From assembly GCA_047947115.1 (NCBI GenBank), contig CP170459.1, forward strand, positions 1,600,001-1,664,000: a stretch of 64,000 nucleotides of DNA. The letters are read 5' to 3'. Origin of the DNA: Verrucomicrobiota bacterium (GTDB lineage Bacteria > Verrucomicrobiota > Verrucomicrobiia > Limisphaerales > AAA164-E04). The notes under the pieces are model-generated. The model worked only from the letters and a program-made list of their open reading frames with translations. It ran no database searches and was not told the origin of the DNA. Below are positions 1 through 9,577 of the stretch, piece by piece. Numbering within the stretch: position 1 is the stretch's first letter; the number at the start of each line of letters is the position of its first letter. A program made the position numbers and the translations under genes.

Positions 1-483
1 GAGTGTGATCCATGCGTTTCCCTGATCATCGAATTGAGGGCCATACGCATATTCATGGTAGTTGCCGGTGACGCCCCAACCTTTCGCAATCGTCCAATAC
101 TCGTCAGCGAAACCGTCCTCGTCCGTGTCACGGATACGGGTGAGTTCAGTGCGTTGGACCGTATAAAGAGCGCCGTCCCGATACGCCAGCCCGAGTGGTT
201 CGTGCAGACCTGATGCATACTTTCTGTAACGGGTGGATGCCGGATTATTCGTTTGACTTGCGATCCAGATCTCTCCTTTGCGTATGGCGATGGCCATGCT
301 GCCATCCGGTAACAAAGCGAGACCGCTCACCTCAAGTTTTAGCGATTCAGGAATCGTGAAGGTCTCCAAGGTATACGGTGAATCGTTTGAGATCGCATCA
401 CCCTGCACTTTGGGGATTGTTGGAAGAGAAAGTAGCGCCATGACGCCCGCAAAGAGTCCGGCTTGCCATTGAATGAGTCTCAT
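1..483 (-). CDS. Secreted beta-propeller protein of the PVC-type glucose/sorbosone dehydrogenase-like class (partial, runs off the window)
   Basis: Manual translation from ATG at 483: MRLIQWQAGLFAGVMALLS...LEVSGLALLPDG...GLHEPLGL...DTDEDGFADEY...GNYHEYAYGP. Signal peptide present; lies 14 bp downstream of the cytochrome gene on the same strand. Confidence 0.7.
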   Translation of the reverse strand, partial: MRLIQWQAGLFAGVMALLSLPTIPKVQGDAISNDSPYTLETFTIPESLKLEVSGLALLPDGSMAIAIRKGEIWIASQTNNPASTRYRKYASGLHEPLGLAYRDGALYTVQRTELTRIRDTDEDGFADEYWTIAKGWGVTGNYHEYAYGPQFDDQGNAWITL

Positions 484-497
484 CGCAATGGTTCTAT

Positions 498-2792
498 TCA
501 TGATCCGGGTTCCTTCATTCGATATCCCATTCGGTGAAAGCCATCTTCCTGGACGGGCTTGAGCCACAATTCTGATTGATTTGAGCTTGTGCGCCATTCG
601 GGTATGCCTTGGATGATTTCAATATCCAGTGAATCAGTGATGCGAAAACACTCATCCGTGAGTTCTTCATAAGAGCTATTGGAACTGATCAGAAGTTGCA
701 GGCCTGCCTCATCTGAGGGCCATTGCAGTTGACGTGTGATCCCATGTTGCTCGGCGTGGATGCGATCTTGTATCGTGATGGATTTCCCTACTTGATAGAT
801 GAAAGTCGGTATACCCTCCGCATCCAATTGATATCCACGGAAGAGGTTTTGATGCTTAAGCATGAAGTCATTATTATCTCCTACGGCCCACACTCCTTTG
901 GTGTCTGGAAACCATGCCCGTTTTCTTCCTAATGGAGAGGCGAGAGGAGTGAACCGGTCATCCCATGTGGATTCGGCGCTTAGAAAATCTCCTTTCCAGG
1001 CCAGTGACCATTGACATTTTTTTGCGTCGAAAGCCACATGAAATGATTCGGGGAATCCCACCGCGATGGCATGCAGTCCCGCTTGCTGCATGAATGTTCG
1101 AAACACGATGGGTTTGTCCTGCGGGATTAATTTGAAGTCATCCTTCTGTTCCATACCTTCCGGCAGTCGGGATTGATCCAGTTCGTTCAGATAGGCCCAG
1201 ATGCTGTCGATCTGTCTTTCCGCTGATCCACCGTGTCCATTGATGCTGGGGTTGCCGTTTGGCCAAAACGCCGGCATGCGGGTGCCAGGGCGGAAGGCCG
1301 ACGGATCAAGCAGGTAATCTCTAAACCAAGGGGCGCGCAGTCTTTCAGCCGCATGCTTCAAGTCCATGGCTTGAATCCCCAGCGAACGATTTCCGTTGAG
1401 TGGATGGCATTGGATGCAACCAAGGCCGTTGATTCCTGCGAGCGCCCGTCCCCACATGTTGCGGCCGACCTGATTTTCCTGGCCGTTTCTGGGGGTGGAT
1501 TGTTCTCTGGGATCAGCATCGATCCTGGCAAATGAGTTGGCCAGGAAATGCGCATGGGATTCCCCAAAATCCGGCATGCGGGTGTTCATGTAAGGCCGTG
1601 CGGGGAGACTGCCTTGAATCGTTTTCAGCAAGGCCTCGAGCTTCATTTTTCTGCCCACTCCATTGAGGTGAGGCGGAAATCTTCCTTCGTCTTCCAAGTC
1701 GTCGCCTGTGGTGGTGAAATAATCCCGTTGTGCTTCATCAGGTCCTACCAAGGTTCCGCGGGCATGACATGCGTCACACCGCAGGGTTTCCATGTATGCT
1801 TCGACACCCAATGTTGGAATGCTGTTTTCACTGGGTGTTGAGTGATTTAATGCTTTTCGAATCTGTTGGCGTTGTCCGGGGTTCAGCGCATACCAAGGCA
1901 CACCTGATTGAGGGGCTTCAGCCAGACATCCTGAATCAAGTCTGCATTCCGAAAGATTGGATTGATTGGGAACCGCCACTTTCATGTTCTCTCCCAATGT
2001 ATGGCATTGGCCGCATTGTAATTGTTGGAACCATTGACGTCCCGATTCGATGGAGTCGGAGCTGTCCGAGAGCAAACTTTGAGAACGAAGCGTATTGGTC
2101 ATGAGGTAGGAGGTGAGATCCAGTGCTTCCTTGGTTGAAAGATGAAAGTTGGGCATGCGAAAGGAGGGGCGGGTTTCCTGTGGGTTGCGCAGGAATGAGA
2201 ACAATCCGCTTGTCACATACTTTTTATTCACATGCCTCAGTGAATGCTTGTCCGATTCAGTGTCGTCCAGCAGGGCGTGACATGCCACGCAACCCAGGGA
2301 TTTGAAACGTTCTTCACCTTCGATGGCATTGCCGGAAGGGTCGGTTTCTTGCTCACGGTGGAGGTGGGTTGGTTGCCAAAGGAAGTCGGTCAATGCTTGC
2401 GTTATTTCAGAAAGTTGTGGTGCGGGAATGCCGTGTAGCAAAGAGGGCATGCGTGTTCCGGGTTGTTCTGCATGAGGATGTTCTAGCCACTCGTTGATGT
2501 AGGCTCTCTTCAAACGGAATCGAGCGCGTTCGAGCCTGGGTGCGTCAAAGGCAGGCAACTCGTTTAATATCAAGGGTTTTCCCTTATGGCATTGATAACA
2601 CCCCAGCTCATTGATCAATATCCAGCCTTTCGTTACTTCAGAATGAAAGGAAGCCGCCCCTGGCTCATTGGATGGGGGAGGGGAAGGTGTCGCGCCGAAG
2701 ATGTGACTTGCCAACAGGCAGCCAATCAACCAAAAGCGCCCCGTTAACGGAGTCAAATGATCTGGCGCATTGGGTCGTCTGGAACGTTTCAT
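498..2792 (-). CDS. Secreted multiheme c-type cytochrome (5 CxxCH)
   Basis: CYQCH, CVACH, CGQCH, CDACH and CIQCH motifs; recurring RMP distal-Met segments; N-terminal signal-like hydrophobic stretch. Confidence 0.85.
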   Translation of the reverse strand: MKRSRRPNAPDHLTPLTGRFWLIGCLLASHIFGATPSPPPSNEPGAASFHSEVTKGWILINELGCYQCHKGKPLILNELPAFDAPRLERARFRLKRAYINEWLEHPHAEQPGTRMPSLLHGIPAPQLSEITQALTDFLWQPTHLHREQETDPSGNAIEGEERFKSLGCVACHALLDDTESDKHSLRHVNKKYVTSGLFSFLRNPQETRPSFRMPNFHLSTKEALDLTSYLMTNTLRSQSLLSDSSDSIESGRQWFQQLQCGQCHTLGENMKVAVPNQSNLSECRLDSGCLAEAPQSGVPWYALNPGQRQQIRKALNHSTPSENSIPTLGVEAYMETLRCDACHARGTLVGPDEAQRDYFTTTGDDLEDEGRFPPHLNGVGRKMKLEALLKTIQGSLPARPYMNTRMPDFGESHAHFLANSFARIDADPREQSTPRNGQENQVGRNMWGRALAGINGLGCIQCHPLNGNRSLGIQAMDLKHAAERLRAPWFRDYLLDPSAFRPGTRMPAFWPNGNPSINGHGGSAERQIDSIWAYLNELDQSRLPEGMEQKDDFKLIPQDKPIVFRTFMQQAGLHAIAVGFPESFHVAFDAKKCQWSLAWKGDFLSAESTWDDRFTPLASPLGRKRAWFPDTKGVWAVGDNNDFMLKHQNLFRGYQLDAEGIPTFIYQVGKSITIQDRIHAEQHGITRQLQWPSDEAGLQLLISSNSSYEELTDECFRITDSLDIEIIQGIPEWRTSSNQSELWLKPVQEDGFHRMGYRMKEPGS

Positions 2793-2942
2793 GGTCGGGC
2801 GCCACTATAAGCGACCCGACATTTGAAGTCGAATGTTCAATCCAGAAAAACCGGTGGTTGTTCCCATAAATTCGTGATAGACTAAACGATCCACGACCGA
2901 TCTTCAAGCGGTGGGATAGATGAGAAGTCATTGTTGAGTCGT

Positions 2943-3680
2943 ATGAAATTTGTCGTTCTATGGGTGCTGGTTGGTTGTTTTTACGGCATCGTTTCCCTAG
3001 CGAACTCGCCGGATGCGGAGTCTATCAAAATGGCATCTGAAAAATTGTATGATGCCGCCCTGATTCGGTTTCAATCGGAAGCATTCTCCGCTGAGGATGC
3101 CTGGAAACTGGCGCGTGTTGCATTTGATTTTGCTGAACACCTGGATCCTTCCGATCGCAAGGAATCCGTGGCGAGGCAAGGTATCGCCGCTGCCCGCGCT
3201 TGCGTTCAACAATCCTCCCAAATGGCCGAAGGATATTATTATCTGGCATTGAATCTTGGACAACTGGCTCGTTGCCGCAGATTGGGCGCTTTGAAGCTGG
3301 TTCGCGAAATGGAAAAAGCTTTCTTGAAAGCGCGTGAGCTGAACGCCAGCCTGGACTTTGCAGGACCGGATCGTTGTTTGGGGAGACTCTATTTACAAGC
3401 GCCCGGATGGCCCGCCAGTGTTGGAAGTTCCCGGAAAGCGATGGAACACTTGACTGAAGCGATGCTTATCCATCCCGAATATCCGGGGAATGTGCTCCAA
3501 CTGGTGCATGCATGTCAGGAATTGAACCGTCCAGGAGAGGCCAGTCGCTACTTTCGAATGACCCATCAAATAACTCAACAAATGAATCAAAACTGGGCTG
3601 ATCGGCTGCCTCCCATCGTCCTGGTGAAGTGGCGTGCATTATTGAAGGACATTCAGACCACGATGTCTGAGGAATCCTGA
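2943..3680 (+). CDS. Secreted TPR-like helical protein (TatT-like)
   Basis: Signal peptide; TPR-like helices AEGYYYLALNLG and LGRLYLQAPGWP. Confidence 0.6.
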   Translation: MKFVVLWVLVGCFYGIVSLANSPDAESIKMASEKLYDAALIRFQSEAFSAEDAWKLARVAFDFAEHLDPSDRKESVARQGIAAARACVQQSSQMAEGYYYLALNLGQLARCRRLGALKLVREMEKAFLKARELNASLDFAGPDRCLGRLYLQAPGWPASVGSSRKAMEHLTEAMLIHPEYPGNVLQLVHACQELNRPGEASRYFRMTHQITQQMNQNWADRLPPIVLVKWRALLKDIQTTMSEES

Positions 3681-3697
3681 GGTAGAGCTGCATTTTG

Positions 3698-3978
3698 TTA
3701 GGGACGCGCTGCTGTGCGTCCGCTGTGGCGCCCGACTACGCCATCAACATTCCCACACCCCCAGCGTGCTCGCCGCCCCGCGGCAGCGGGGCCCTACCGG
3801 AGGCGTTAGCTTCTGGGTGGGTAGGGACGTGCTGCTGCGCGTCCGCTGCGGCACCCGACTACGCCATAGACATCCCCACACCCCCAGCGCGTTCGCGGCC
3901 CCGCGGCAGCGGGGCCCTACCGGAGGCGTTAGCTTCTGGGTGGGTGGGGACGTGCTGCTGCGCGTCCGCTGCGGCACC
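3698..3978. repeat. REP/BIME-like tandem array, period 123 bp, about 2.3 units
   Basis: Units start at 3698, 3821 and 3944. Each has (G)TAG-GGACG[C/T]GC-TGC(TGC)-GCGTCC and, in inverted orientation, GGCCCCGC-GGCA-GCGGGGCC-CTAC. Confidence 0.85.
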
Positions 3979-4059
3979 GATTGAATGATTCAGCTGAAAT
4001 ACAGCTGAATCGACCTTGGCTTGCCTGATTTGAGCGGGTGGGGTAAAGGTGCAGTGCGG

Positions 4060-4890
4060 ATGCGAAACGTTCAGATTCAATGCATGGTATGTTTTTGTGG
4101 TGTGCTGCTGTTTGCAGTGAGCATGATTGTATCCTTGTCTGCAGATGATGTGAAGGTTGGGGCAAATAAGGCGCTATCGGCCGAGGAGATTTTGGAGCAG
4201 GTGCGCCTGATCTTGAAGGAGCCTCGAAAAGATCTTCCAGTCATTACCTACCTGAGGCGTTCGGTCATCACAGAATTGGACGCAGAAGGTAAACATCAAA
4301 AGGTCACACAAAAAACACATCGAGCCTACTCGGACGAGAGAGATCAGCTGCTTCTGGAAGTTGATGGACGACCTGCCACTCAAAAGGAAATCGACAAGGA
4401 CCGTGCTCACAATCTTGATCGCCAGCAGAAGTTTCTCCACCGACAGGCTGATAAGGACAGCGATCACAATGAGGATCTGATGGTGAAAAACATGGATCTC
4501 TTCCGAAAGAAGTTTTCGTTTCTACTGGACGGAGAGGAACGCATTCAGGAGCGTGAGTGTTACGTCCTGCGGTTTATCCCCGATCCGGAATTTTCCCTGG
4601 ACAATCGGTTTGTAGATCGCCTGATGAATGCCGTGCGCCCCAAAGTATGGGTGGATAAGAAAGCCTTTCGCATCGTTCGTATTGAAACCAAATTGGTTGA
4701 ATCCGTGTCCTTTCTGGGGGGTCTCGCAGGCGTGCTCCGTGACATTGAAATCAATGTGGATCAAAGGGAGCATTTGCCCGATGTTTGGGTGGATGATACC
4801 GTCTCGGCGTTCTTTGACGTGCGTGTGTTTTTTAAGACTTATCGGTTTCGGCTTAAAAGCAAATCTTCTGAGTTTGAAATATTACAATAA
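4060..4890 (+). CDS. Secreted hypothetical protein, LolA/MucB-like outer-membrane sorting fold suspected
   Basis: Signal peptide; the segment GEERIQERECYVLRFIP...KVWVDKKAFRIVRIE is typical of LolA-like folds. Start chosen at ATG 4060. Confidence 0.55.
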   Translation: MRNVQIQCMVCFCGVLLFAVSMIVSLSADDVKVGANKALSAEEILEQVRLILKEPRKDLPVITYLRRSVITELDAEGKHQKVTQKTHRAYSDERDQLLLEVDGRPATQKEIDKDRAHNLDRQQKFLHRQADKDSDHNEDLMVKNMDLFRKKFSFLLDGEERIQERECYVLRFIPDPEFSLDNRFVDRLMNAVRPKVWVDKKAFRIVRIETKLVESVSFLGGLAGVLRDIEINVDQREHLPDVWVDDTVSAFFDVRVFFKTYRFRLKSKSSEFEILQ

Positions 4891-4908
4891 TCCGGGCCTG
4901 ATATGTTC

Positions 4909-5643
4909 TCAGTCAGTCTCCCATATGTTTTCTTCGATCAATTTTTTTGTGACCTTTCCTTTCCAGTCCTTGTTGGCAGCCGGGCTTGCGGGGCTGGGGT
5001 GGAGGATTTCCGTTGTTTCGATGCCCATGGGATCAGCCGCTTCGACGGCGCGTTGATACGCAAAACGGCCCACACCGATAACTTTTTCGGGTTTCAGGAT
5101 TTCGAGCACCTTGCAGAGATGGACGGTGCAGGCATCGAAGAGGGATTGCCTGAGTTTGGCCGGGAGTTTGTCAGGCGTTAGGTTGCGTCCGGACTCCTCC
5201 AAAAACGCCAAAGGACAGTAGTTGGCGACGAAGTGATCCTTGAAAAAGGACTCCGCTTCACCAAATCGATCTTGAAACAAACCCCATAACCTTTTTCCAC
5301 TGACTTCCGAACGCGGGCAGGCGAATCCCTGAATCGGGCGTTTGGGGTGAGTGTTCTTTGGACCGGTTTTGATTTCCTGAATCCCCATCCAGTCCCTGAC
5401 AAAGCTGATTTCGCCGAAAGGCACTGCTGTTTGCACCATGCCGAAGGGGCCGGGGTTCATGCCCAGAAAAATGAATCGTTTGCGATTGGCGGCAAAGTGT
5501 TTAAGGTAATCCTCGTGTGCGGAACGTCCGTATTGGATAGGGTTGTAGACCCACGCGACGGGAGGCGGGAACAACAGTTTCTCCAAGTCCTCACACAAGG
5601 TTCGGGCCGCCAGGATCATTTTTTTCGCACTTGCGGTAGTCAT
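4909..5643 (-). CDS. SMUG1-type (family 3) uracil-DNA glycosylase
   Basis: Motifs GMNPGPFGM, EVSGKRLWG, NYCPL and HPSPASP; likely start MTTAS at 5643. Confidence 0.92.
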   Translation of the reverse strand: MTTASAKKMILAARTLCEDLEKLLFPPPVAWVYNPIQYGRSAHEDYLKHFAANRKRFIFLGMNPGPFGMVQTAVPFGEISFVRDWMGIQEIKTGPKNTHPKRPIQGFACPRSEVSGKRLWGLFQDRFGEAESFFKDHFVANYCPLAFLEESGRNLTPDKLPAKLRQSLFDACTVHLCKVLEILKPEKVIGVGRFAYQRAVEAADPMGIETTEILHPSPASPAANKDWKGKVTKKLIEENIWETD

Positions 5644-5690
5644 GATATTTTCAAACCGCGGCAGCATAGGAAACTGAGCAGAGAAAACCA

Positions 5691-6374
5691 ATGAAGATTC
5701 TTTTGACGAATGATGACGGGATCGACGCTGAAGGTTTGGAGTGCCTTCAGCAGTCTGTAGGGGGAGAGCTGTACGTAGTGGCTCCCGCGGATCATGTTTC
5801 GGAGTGTGGGCATCGCATCACCACGCGGACATCGCTCAAATTGGAGCAAAGAGGTGAACGTAGGTGGGCCGTGCACGGTTCGCCGGCTGATTGTGTGCGG
5901 GTGGCTGTGAAGCATCTATATTCTTCCATTACCTTTGACTGGGTGTTGTCCGGTGTGAATCAGGGGGGGAATCTTGGTATAGACCTTTACTATTCCGGCA
6001 CTGCGGCAGCGGCTCGCGAAGCGGCCATTTTCGGAATTCGATCCATCGCTTTCTCGCACTATATTAGACGGGAAATCGACTTGGACTGGCAACATGCGGG
6101 GCGACGTGTGCAACGTGTTTGGAAGGCGCTGGGAGAGATACTTCTTGAGCCCGGTCGATTTTGGAATGTCAACCTGCCGCATCTGGAGGCAGGCATCCCA
6201 GAGCCGGAGTTGCGGTTTTGTGAACCGTGCAAACACCCTTTGCCGGTAGTCTATACAGGTGATGAGGGAGAAGCTGTTTATTCCGGACGATATCCTGATC
6301 GTCAGAAGACCAAAGGCAGTGACACGGATCTTTGCTTTGGTGGGGCCATTACGGTTTCACAAATTTCGATATAA
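5691..6374 (+). CDS. surE: 5'/3'-nucleotidase SurE
   Basis: MKILLTNDDG, GSPADCV, SGVNQGGNLG, YSGT. Confidence 0.95.
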   Translation: MKILLTNDDGIDAEGLECLQQSVGGELYVVAPADHVSECGHRITTRTSLKLEQRGERRWAVHGSPADCVRVAVKHLYSSITFDWVLSGVNQGGNLGIDLYYSGTAAAAREAAIFGIRSIAFSHYIRREIDLDWQHAGRRVQRVWKALGEILLEPGRFWNVNLPHLEAGIPEPELRFCEPCKHPLPVVYTGDEGEAVYSGRYPDRQKTKGSDTDLCFGGAITVSQISI

Positions 6375-6405
6375 AAAAAAGGACGGTCTGGAGACCGTCC
6401 TTTTT
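6373..6405. terminator. Bidirectional intrinsic terminator
   Basis: A-run, GGACGGTCT-GG-AGACCGTCC, T-run between convergent genes. Confidence 0.85.
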
Positions 6406-6432
6406 GCAATAGATGTTCGCTGGTGGACTGGA

Positions 6433-7512
6433 TCAGCCTTCTGTTTTTTCGGCAAGCAGGGCTTCGATCTTGTCTTTGAGAAGATGTCTTTCGGTATGTT
6501 CGATGGCTTCCACCAGCTCCCCTTTTTTATTGACCAGCCACATGGTGGGGACGGCTGTGATACCAAAGCGCTGTCCAAAGGCATTTTGCCATCCTTGACC
6601 ATCAAAATACTGGGGCCAGGGCATGTTTTCCTTTTTCGTAAAACTCGTCAGTTTACCTTCTGATTGATCGAAGCTGATGCCAATAATCTCGAATCCCTTC
6701 GGATGGAGGCTTTCATAGGCAGCCTTGACGTTGGGTAATTCCTGGATGCAGGGACCGCACCAGGTTGCCCAGAAATCGATCAGAACGACCTTGCCGTTCA
6801 TCTTTTGTAAGTCGACCTCCCGGCCGTCCACCGCGGTGAATTTCAAATCCAGTTTGGAACCCCACATGCCCAATCGCTCGGCCAGACCTCGGGCAGCGGC
6901 TTTGATTTGTTCGTTTTTGGCGTTTTCACTGACTTCCTTGGCTATTTCGATGCCTTTTTTTCCGCCCAGTTGTTCGGCGATATACATCAACATTTGAGGG
7001 ATTTCTTCATTATCGGGAAACTCCTTGGTCAGCTCACGCACTCCTTTTTCAAATTCCAACAACACTGCTTCCCGACCTTCGGCTTGTTTGGCCATGGCCT
7101 GGTTCTGGATCATGATGCTTCGGACCTGAAATTTTTCAGCTACGGGCAAATCGAGTTTAAGTAACTCGGGAGCTGCTTCGACATATCCATACTCCTGAAG
7201 AGCCTTCTGCAGGTGTTCTTTCTCTGATGTCCTGGCCTCTTCTGCTTTGGCGTGATCTGGGTGCTTGGTGTAAAACTCCTTGGCAAGTTTGGCTGCTTTA
7301 AAGGCTTGCGCTCCGTTTTCTTCGATAAATTTCTCAACTTCTTCCTGACTGGGGCGATTGGTCTGCCAGTCGGCAGGTGCTGTTTTGAGTTGTCCGGCTT
7401 CTTCAACTTGCTTCCACAAAACGTCCGCTTCATCCGATACGGCACATGATGGCATGGCCAGCAATCCGCATATGGCGCTCATTGTCAGGTATTTCTTGAT
7501 CGTGTTTTTCAT
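6433..7512 (-). CDS. TlpA-family thiol-disulfide oxidoreductase, exported or lipoprotein
   Basis: DFWATWCGPC active site in a C-terminal thioredoxin fold; N-terminal signal ending AMPSC. Confidence 0.9.
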   Translation of the reverse strand: MKNTIKKYLTMSAICGLLAMPSCAVSDEADVLWKQVEEAGQLKTAPADWQTNRPSQEEVEKFIEENGAQAFKAAKLAKEFYTKHPDHAKAEEARTSEKEHLQKALQEYGYVEAAPELLKLDLPVAEKFQVRSIMIQNQAMAKQAEGREAVLLEFEKGVRELTKEFPDNEEIPQMLMYIAEQLGGKKGIEIAKEVSENAKNEQIKAAARGLAERLGMWGSKLDLKFTAVDGREVDLQKMNGKVVLIDFWATWCGPCIQELPNVKAAYESLHPKGFEIIGISFDQSEGKLTSFTKKENMPWPQYFDGQGWQNAFGQRFGITAVPTMWLVNKKGELVEAIEHTERHLLKDKIEALLAEKTEG

Positions 7513-7637
7513 GTTCTAGATGATTAAAGCTGCTTAAAGCCTATCTTATTCGTCAGGAAATGCACCATGTTTTTCTGTCACAGATTTTTTGCAATCTCCT
7601 GCTTTGCATCAAGGCCCTGGCCGGTTATAAGGTTCTC

Positions 7638-8921
7638 ATGCATTCATTTTTCTCGTTTCGGATATTCACTGGAGTGATTCTTTTCCTTTCTATATCAATG
7701 CTTCGTGCCGGAGAACGTTCCGAGCCAACTTGGTGGAAAGGCAATCTGCACACTCACTCTTTGTGGAGTGATGGAGATGATTATCCTGAAATGATCATGG
7801 ATTGGTACAAATCCAATGGTTATGATTTCGCGGTTTTGTCCGATCACAATGTGATCCAAATTGGTGAGCGATGGTCGAATGTTGCTGCCAACAAGGGAGG
7901 AACCACCGCCTACGAGAAATATGTGGAACGTTTCGGTGCCGAATGGGTTGATTCACGTATTCAGGAGGGCAAGGTGCAGGTGCGCTTAAAGCCTCTAAGT
8001 GAATACCGACCGTTGTTCGATGAGCCGGGAAAATTCCTGATCATCCAAAGCCAGGAACTTACGGACCGGTATCTGACAGCGCCCATTCACATCAATGTGA
8101 CCCATATCCGTGAGCCCATCCAACCGCAGGGTGGTGGTTCAGTGCTCGAAGTCATGCAAAACAATATCAACGCCATCTTGGCTCAGCGTGAATCCACCGG
8201 GCAGCCGTTGATGTCGCACATCAATCATCCCAATTTTGGTTGGGCCATCACTGCCGAGGAGTTCATGCAGTTGAGAGGGGAAAAGTTTTTCGAAGTCTAC
8301 AACGGGCATCCTTCCGTGCATAACGAAGGCGATAAAACTCATGCCAGTATGGAACGTTTTTGGGATATCGTACTGACTTGGCGGTTGGCCGTGCTGGATT
8401 TGCCGATCATGTATGGGATCGCCACAGATGATGCCCACAACTACCATGAGCAACGGGTCGGTCTGAGCAATGCCGGACGTGGATGGGTGATGGTCCGTTC
8501 GAGAAATTTGACGCCTGACCATTTGGTTCGCGCAATGGAGGTTGGTGATTTTTATGCTTCATCCGGCGTGAGCCTGAGCTCGATCCATCATGATTCAAAT
8601 GGTCTCAAGCTCCGGATTCGGCAAGAACCCGATGTTTCTTACACGACCTATTTCATTGGAACAAAACAGGATTTTGACACCTCGCATGAACCACTGCGTG
8701 CCGGGGATGGCAATCCGGTCAGGGTGACACATCAGTATCATGAGTCAGTGGGACAGGTTCTGGCTCAGGTCGATGGGATTGCTCCATCATATACTTTCAA
8801 GGGTGATGAAATCTATGTGCGTGCCAAGATTGTTTCCAGCAAGCCAATGAGCAATCCGTACAAGGCTGGCGAAACCGAATGTGCCTGGGTGCAGCCCGTT
8901 GTGGTCAATTCTGGGAAATAA
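7638..8921 (+). CDS. Secreted PHP-domain metallohydrolase
   Basis: KGNLHTHS, SDHN, NHP, FEVYNGH and TDDAH motifs; signal peptide from ATG 7638. Confidence 0.85.
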   Translation: MHSFFSFRIFTGVILFLSISMLRAGERSEPTWWKGNLHTHSLWSDGDDYPEMIMDWYKSNGYDFAVLSDHNVIQIGERWSNVAANKGGTTAYEKYVERFGAEWVDSRIQEGKVQVRLKPLSEYRPLFDEPGKFLIIQSQELTDRYLTAPIHINVTHIREPIQPQGGGSVLEVMQNNINAILAQRESTGQPLMSHINHPNFGWAITAEEFMQLRGEKFFEVYNGHPSVHNEGDKTHASMERFWDIVLTWRLAVLDLPIMYGIATDDAHNYHEQRVGLSNAGRGWVMVRSRNLTPDHLVRAMEVGDFYASSGVSLSSIHHDSNGLKLRIRQEPDVSYTTYFIGTKQDFDTSHEPLRAGDGNPVRVTHQYHESVGQVLAQVDGIAPSYTFKGDEIYVRAKIVSSKPMSNPYKAGETECAWVQPVVVNSGK

Positions 8922-8932
8922 GGTTTTCAATG

Positions 8933-8962
8933 AAAAAGGCCTTCCGTTTTGGAAGGCCTTTT
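8933..8962. terminator. Bidirectional intrinsic terminator
   Basis: AAAAGGCCTTCC-loop-GGAAGGCCTTTT between convergent genes. Confidence 0.85.
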
Positions 8963-8988
8963 GAAATTACTTTGAAGTGAGATTGGTG

Positions 8989-9498
8989 TTACTGCCCCTT
9001 CAATTGGTTGATGGCAAAGACGACCGCTCCGATCAGGATGACAATGGCGACGGCGCCGATCAGAATGAAGATCTTGTTTACCTTATTGCTTTTCTTGGCA
9101 AAGGTCTTGTCATCTTTGGAAACACCTTTGGAACCTTGTTCCAGATCGTTCAGTTTAACGCCGCCTTGAGGCAGTGTTACGGTCTTGGTTGCGACCGCGC
9201 TGGAACCACCTTCATCGCCCGCAAATCGCAGTTCGATGGAACCCAGTCGAAGCACTTGGCCCTTGGTCAGAGTCCCTTCGGTGATTTTTTTATCATCGAT
9301 GAATGTTCCATTGGTCGATCCGAGATCTTTCACCTGAACGGCGTCACCCTTGAGTGACAGCTCGCAGTGATGACTCGACACCGAGCCCTCAGGGATTTGA
9401 AAAGAATTATCTTCCGAACGGCCAATAATGATTTTGTCCGCCTTCAATTCCACTGTTTTCCCCGTAAATCCTTCGCTTATAACGACAAGTTTGGCCAT
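8989..9498 (-). CDS. FHA-domain protein with C-terminal membrane anchor
   Basis: IGR...VSSHHC...DLGSTNGTF FHA signature; C-terminal TM helix; start MAKLVV. Confidence 0.9.
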   Translation of the reverse strand: MAKLVVISEGFTGKTVELKADKIIIGRSEDNSFQIPEGSVSSHHCELSLKGDAVQVKDLGSTNGTFIDDKKITEGTLTKGQVLRLGSIELRFAGDEGGSSAVATKTVTLPQGGVKLNDLEQGSKGVSKDDKTFAKKSNKVNKIFILIGAVAIVILIGAVVFAINQLKGQ

Positions 9499-9577
9499 AT
9501 CGGTGTGGTTAACGCAGTTATTATCCTGAGGAAATGACACAAGTCAAACCGTTTTCTGGTTTATCTATTCTTTAACG

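Noticed and set aside
3698..3978. CRISPR array
   Set aside because: The linkers are near-identical between units rather than unique spacers, the period is 123 bp, and no cas genes are present.
3695..3988. Small ORFs within the repeat arrays (also 21598-22218 and 21681-21893)
   Set aside because: They are translations of GC-rich repeats open in several frames, with no protein-like features.
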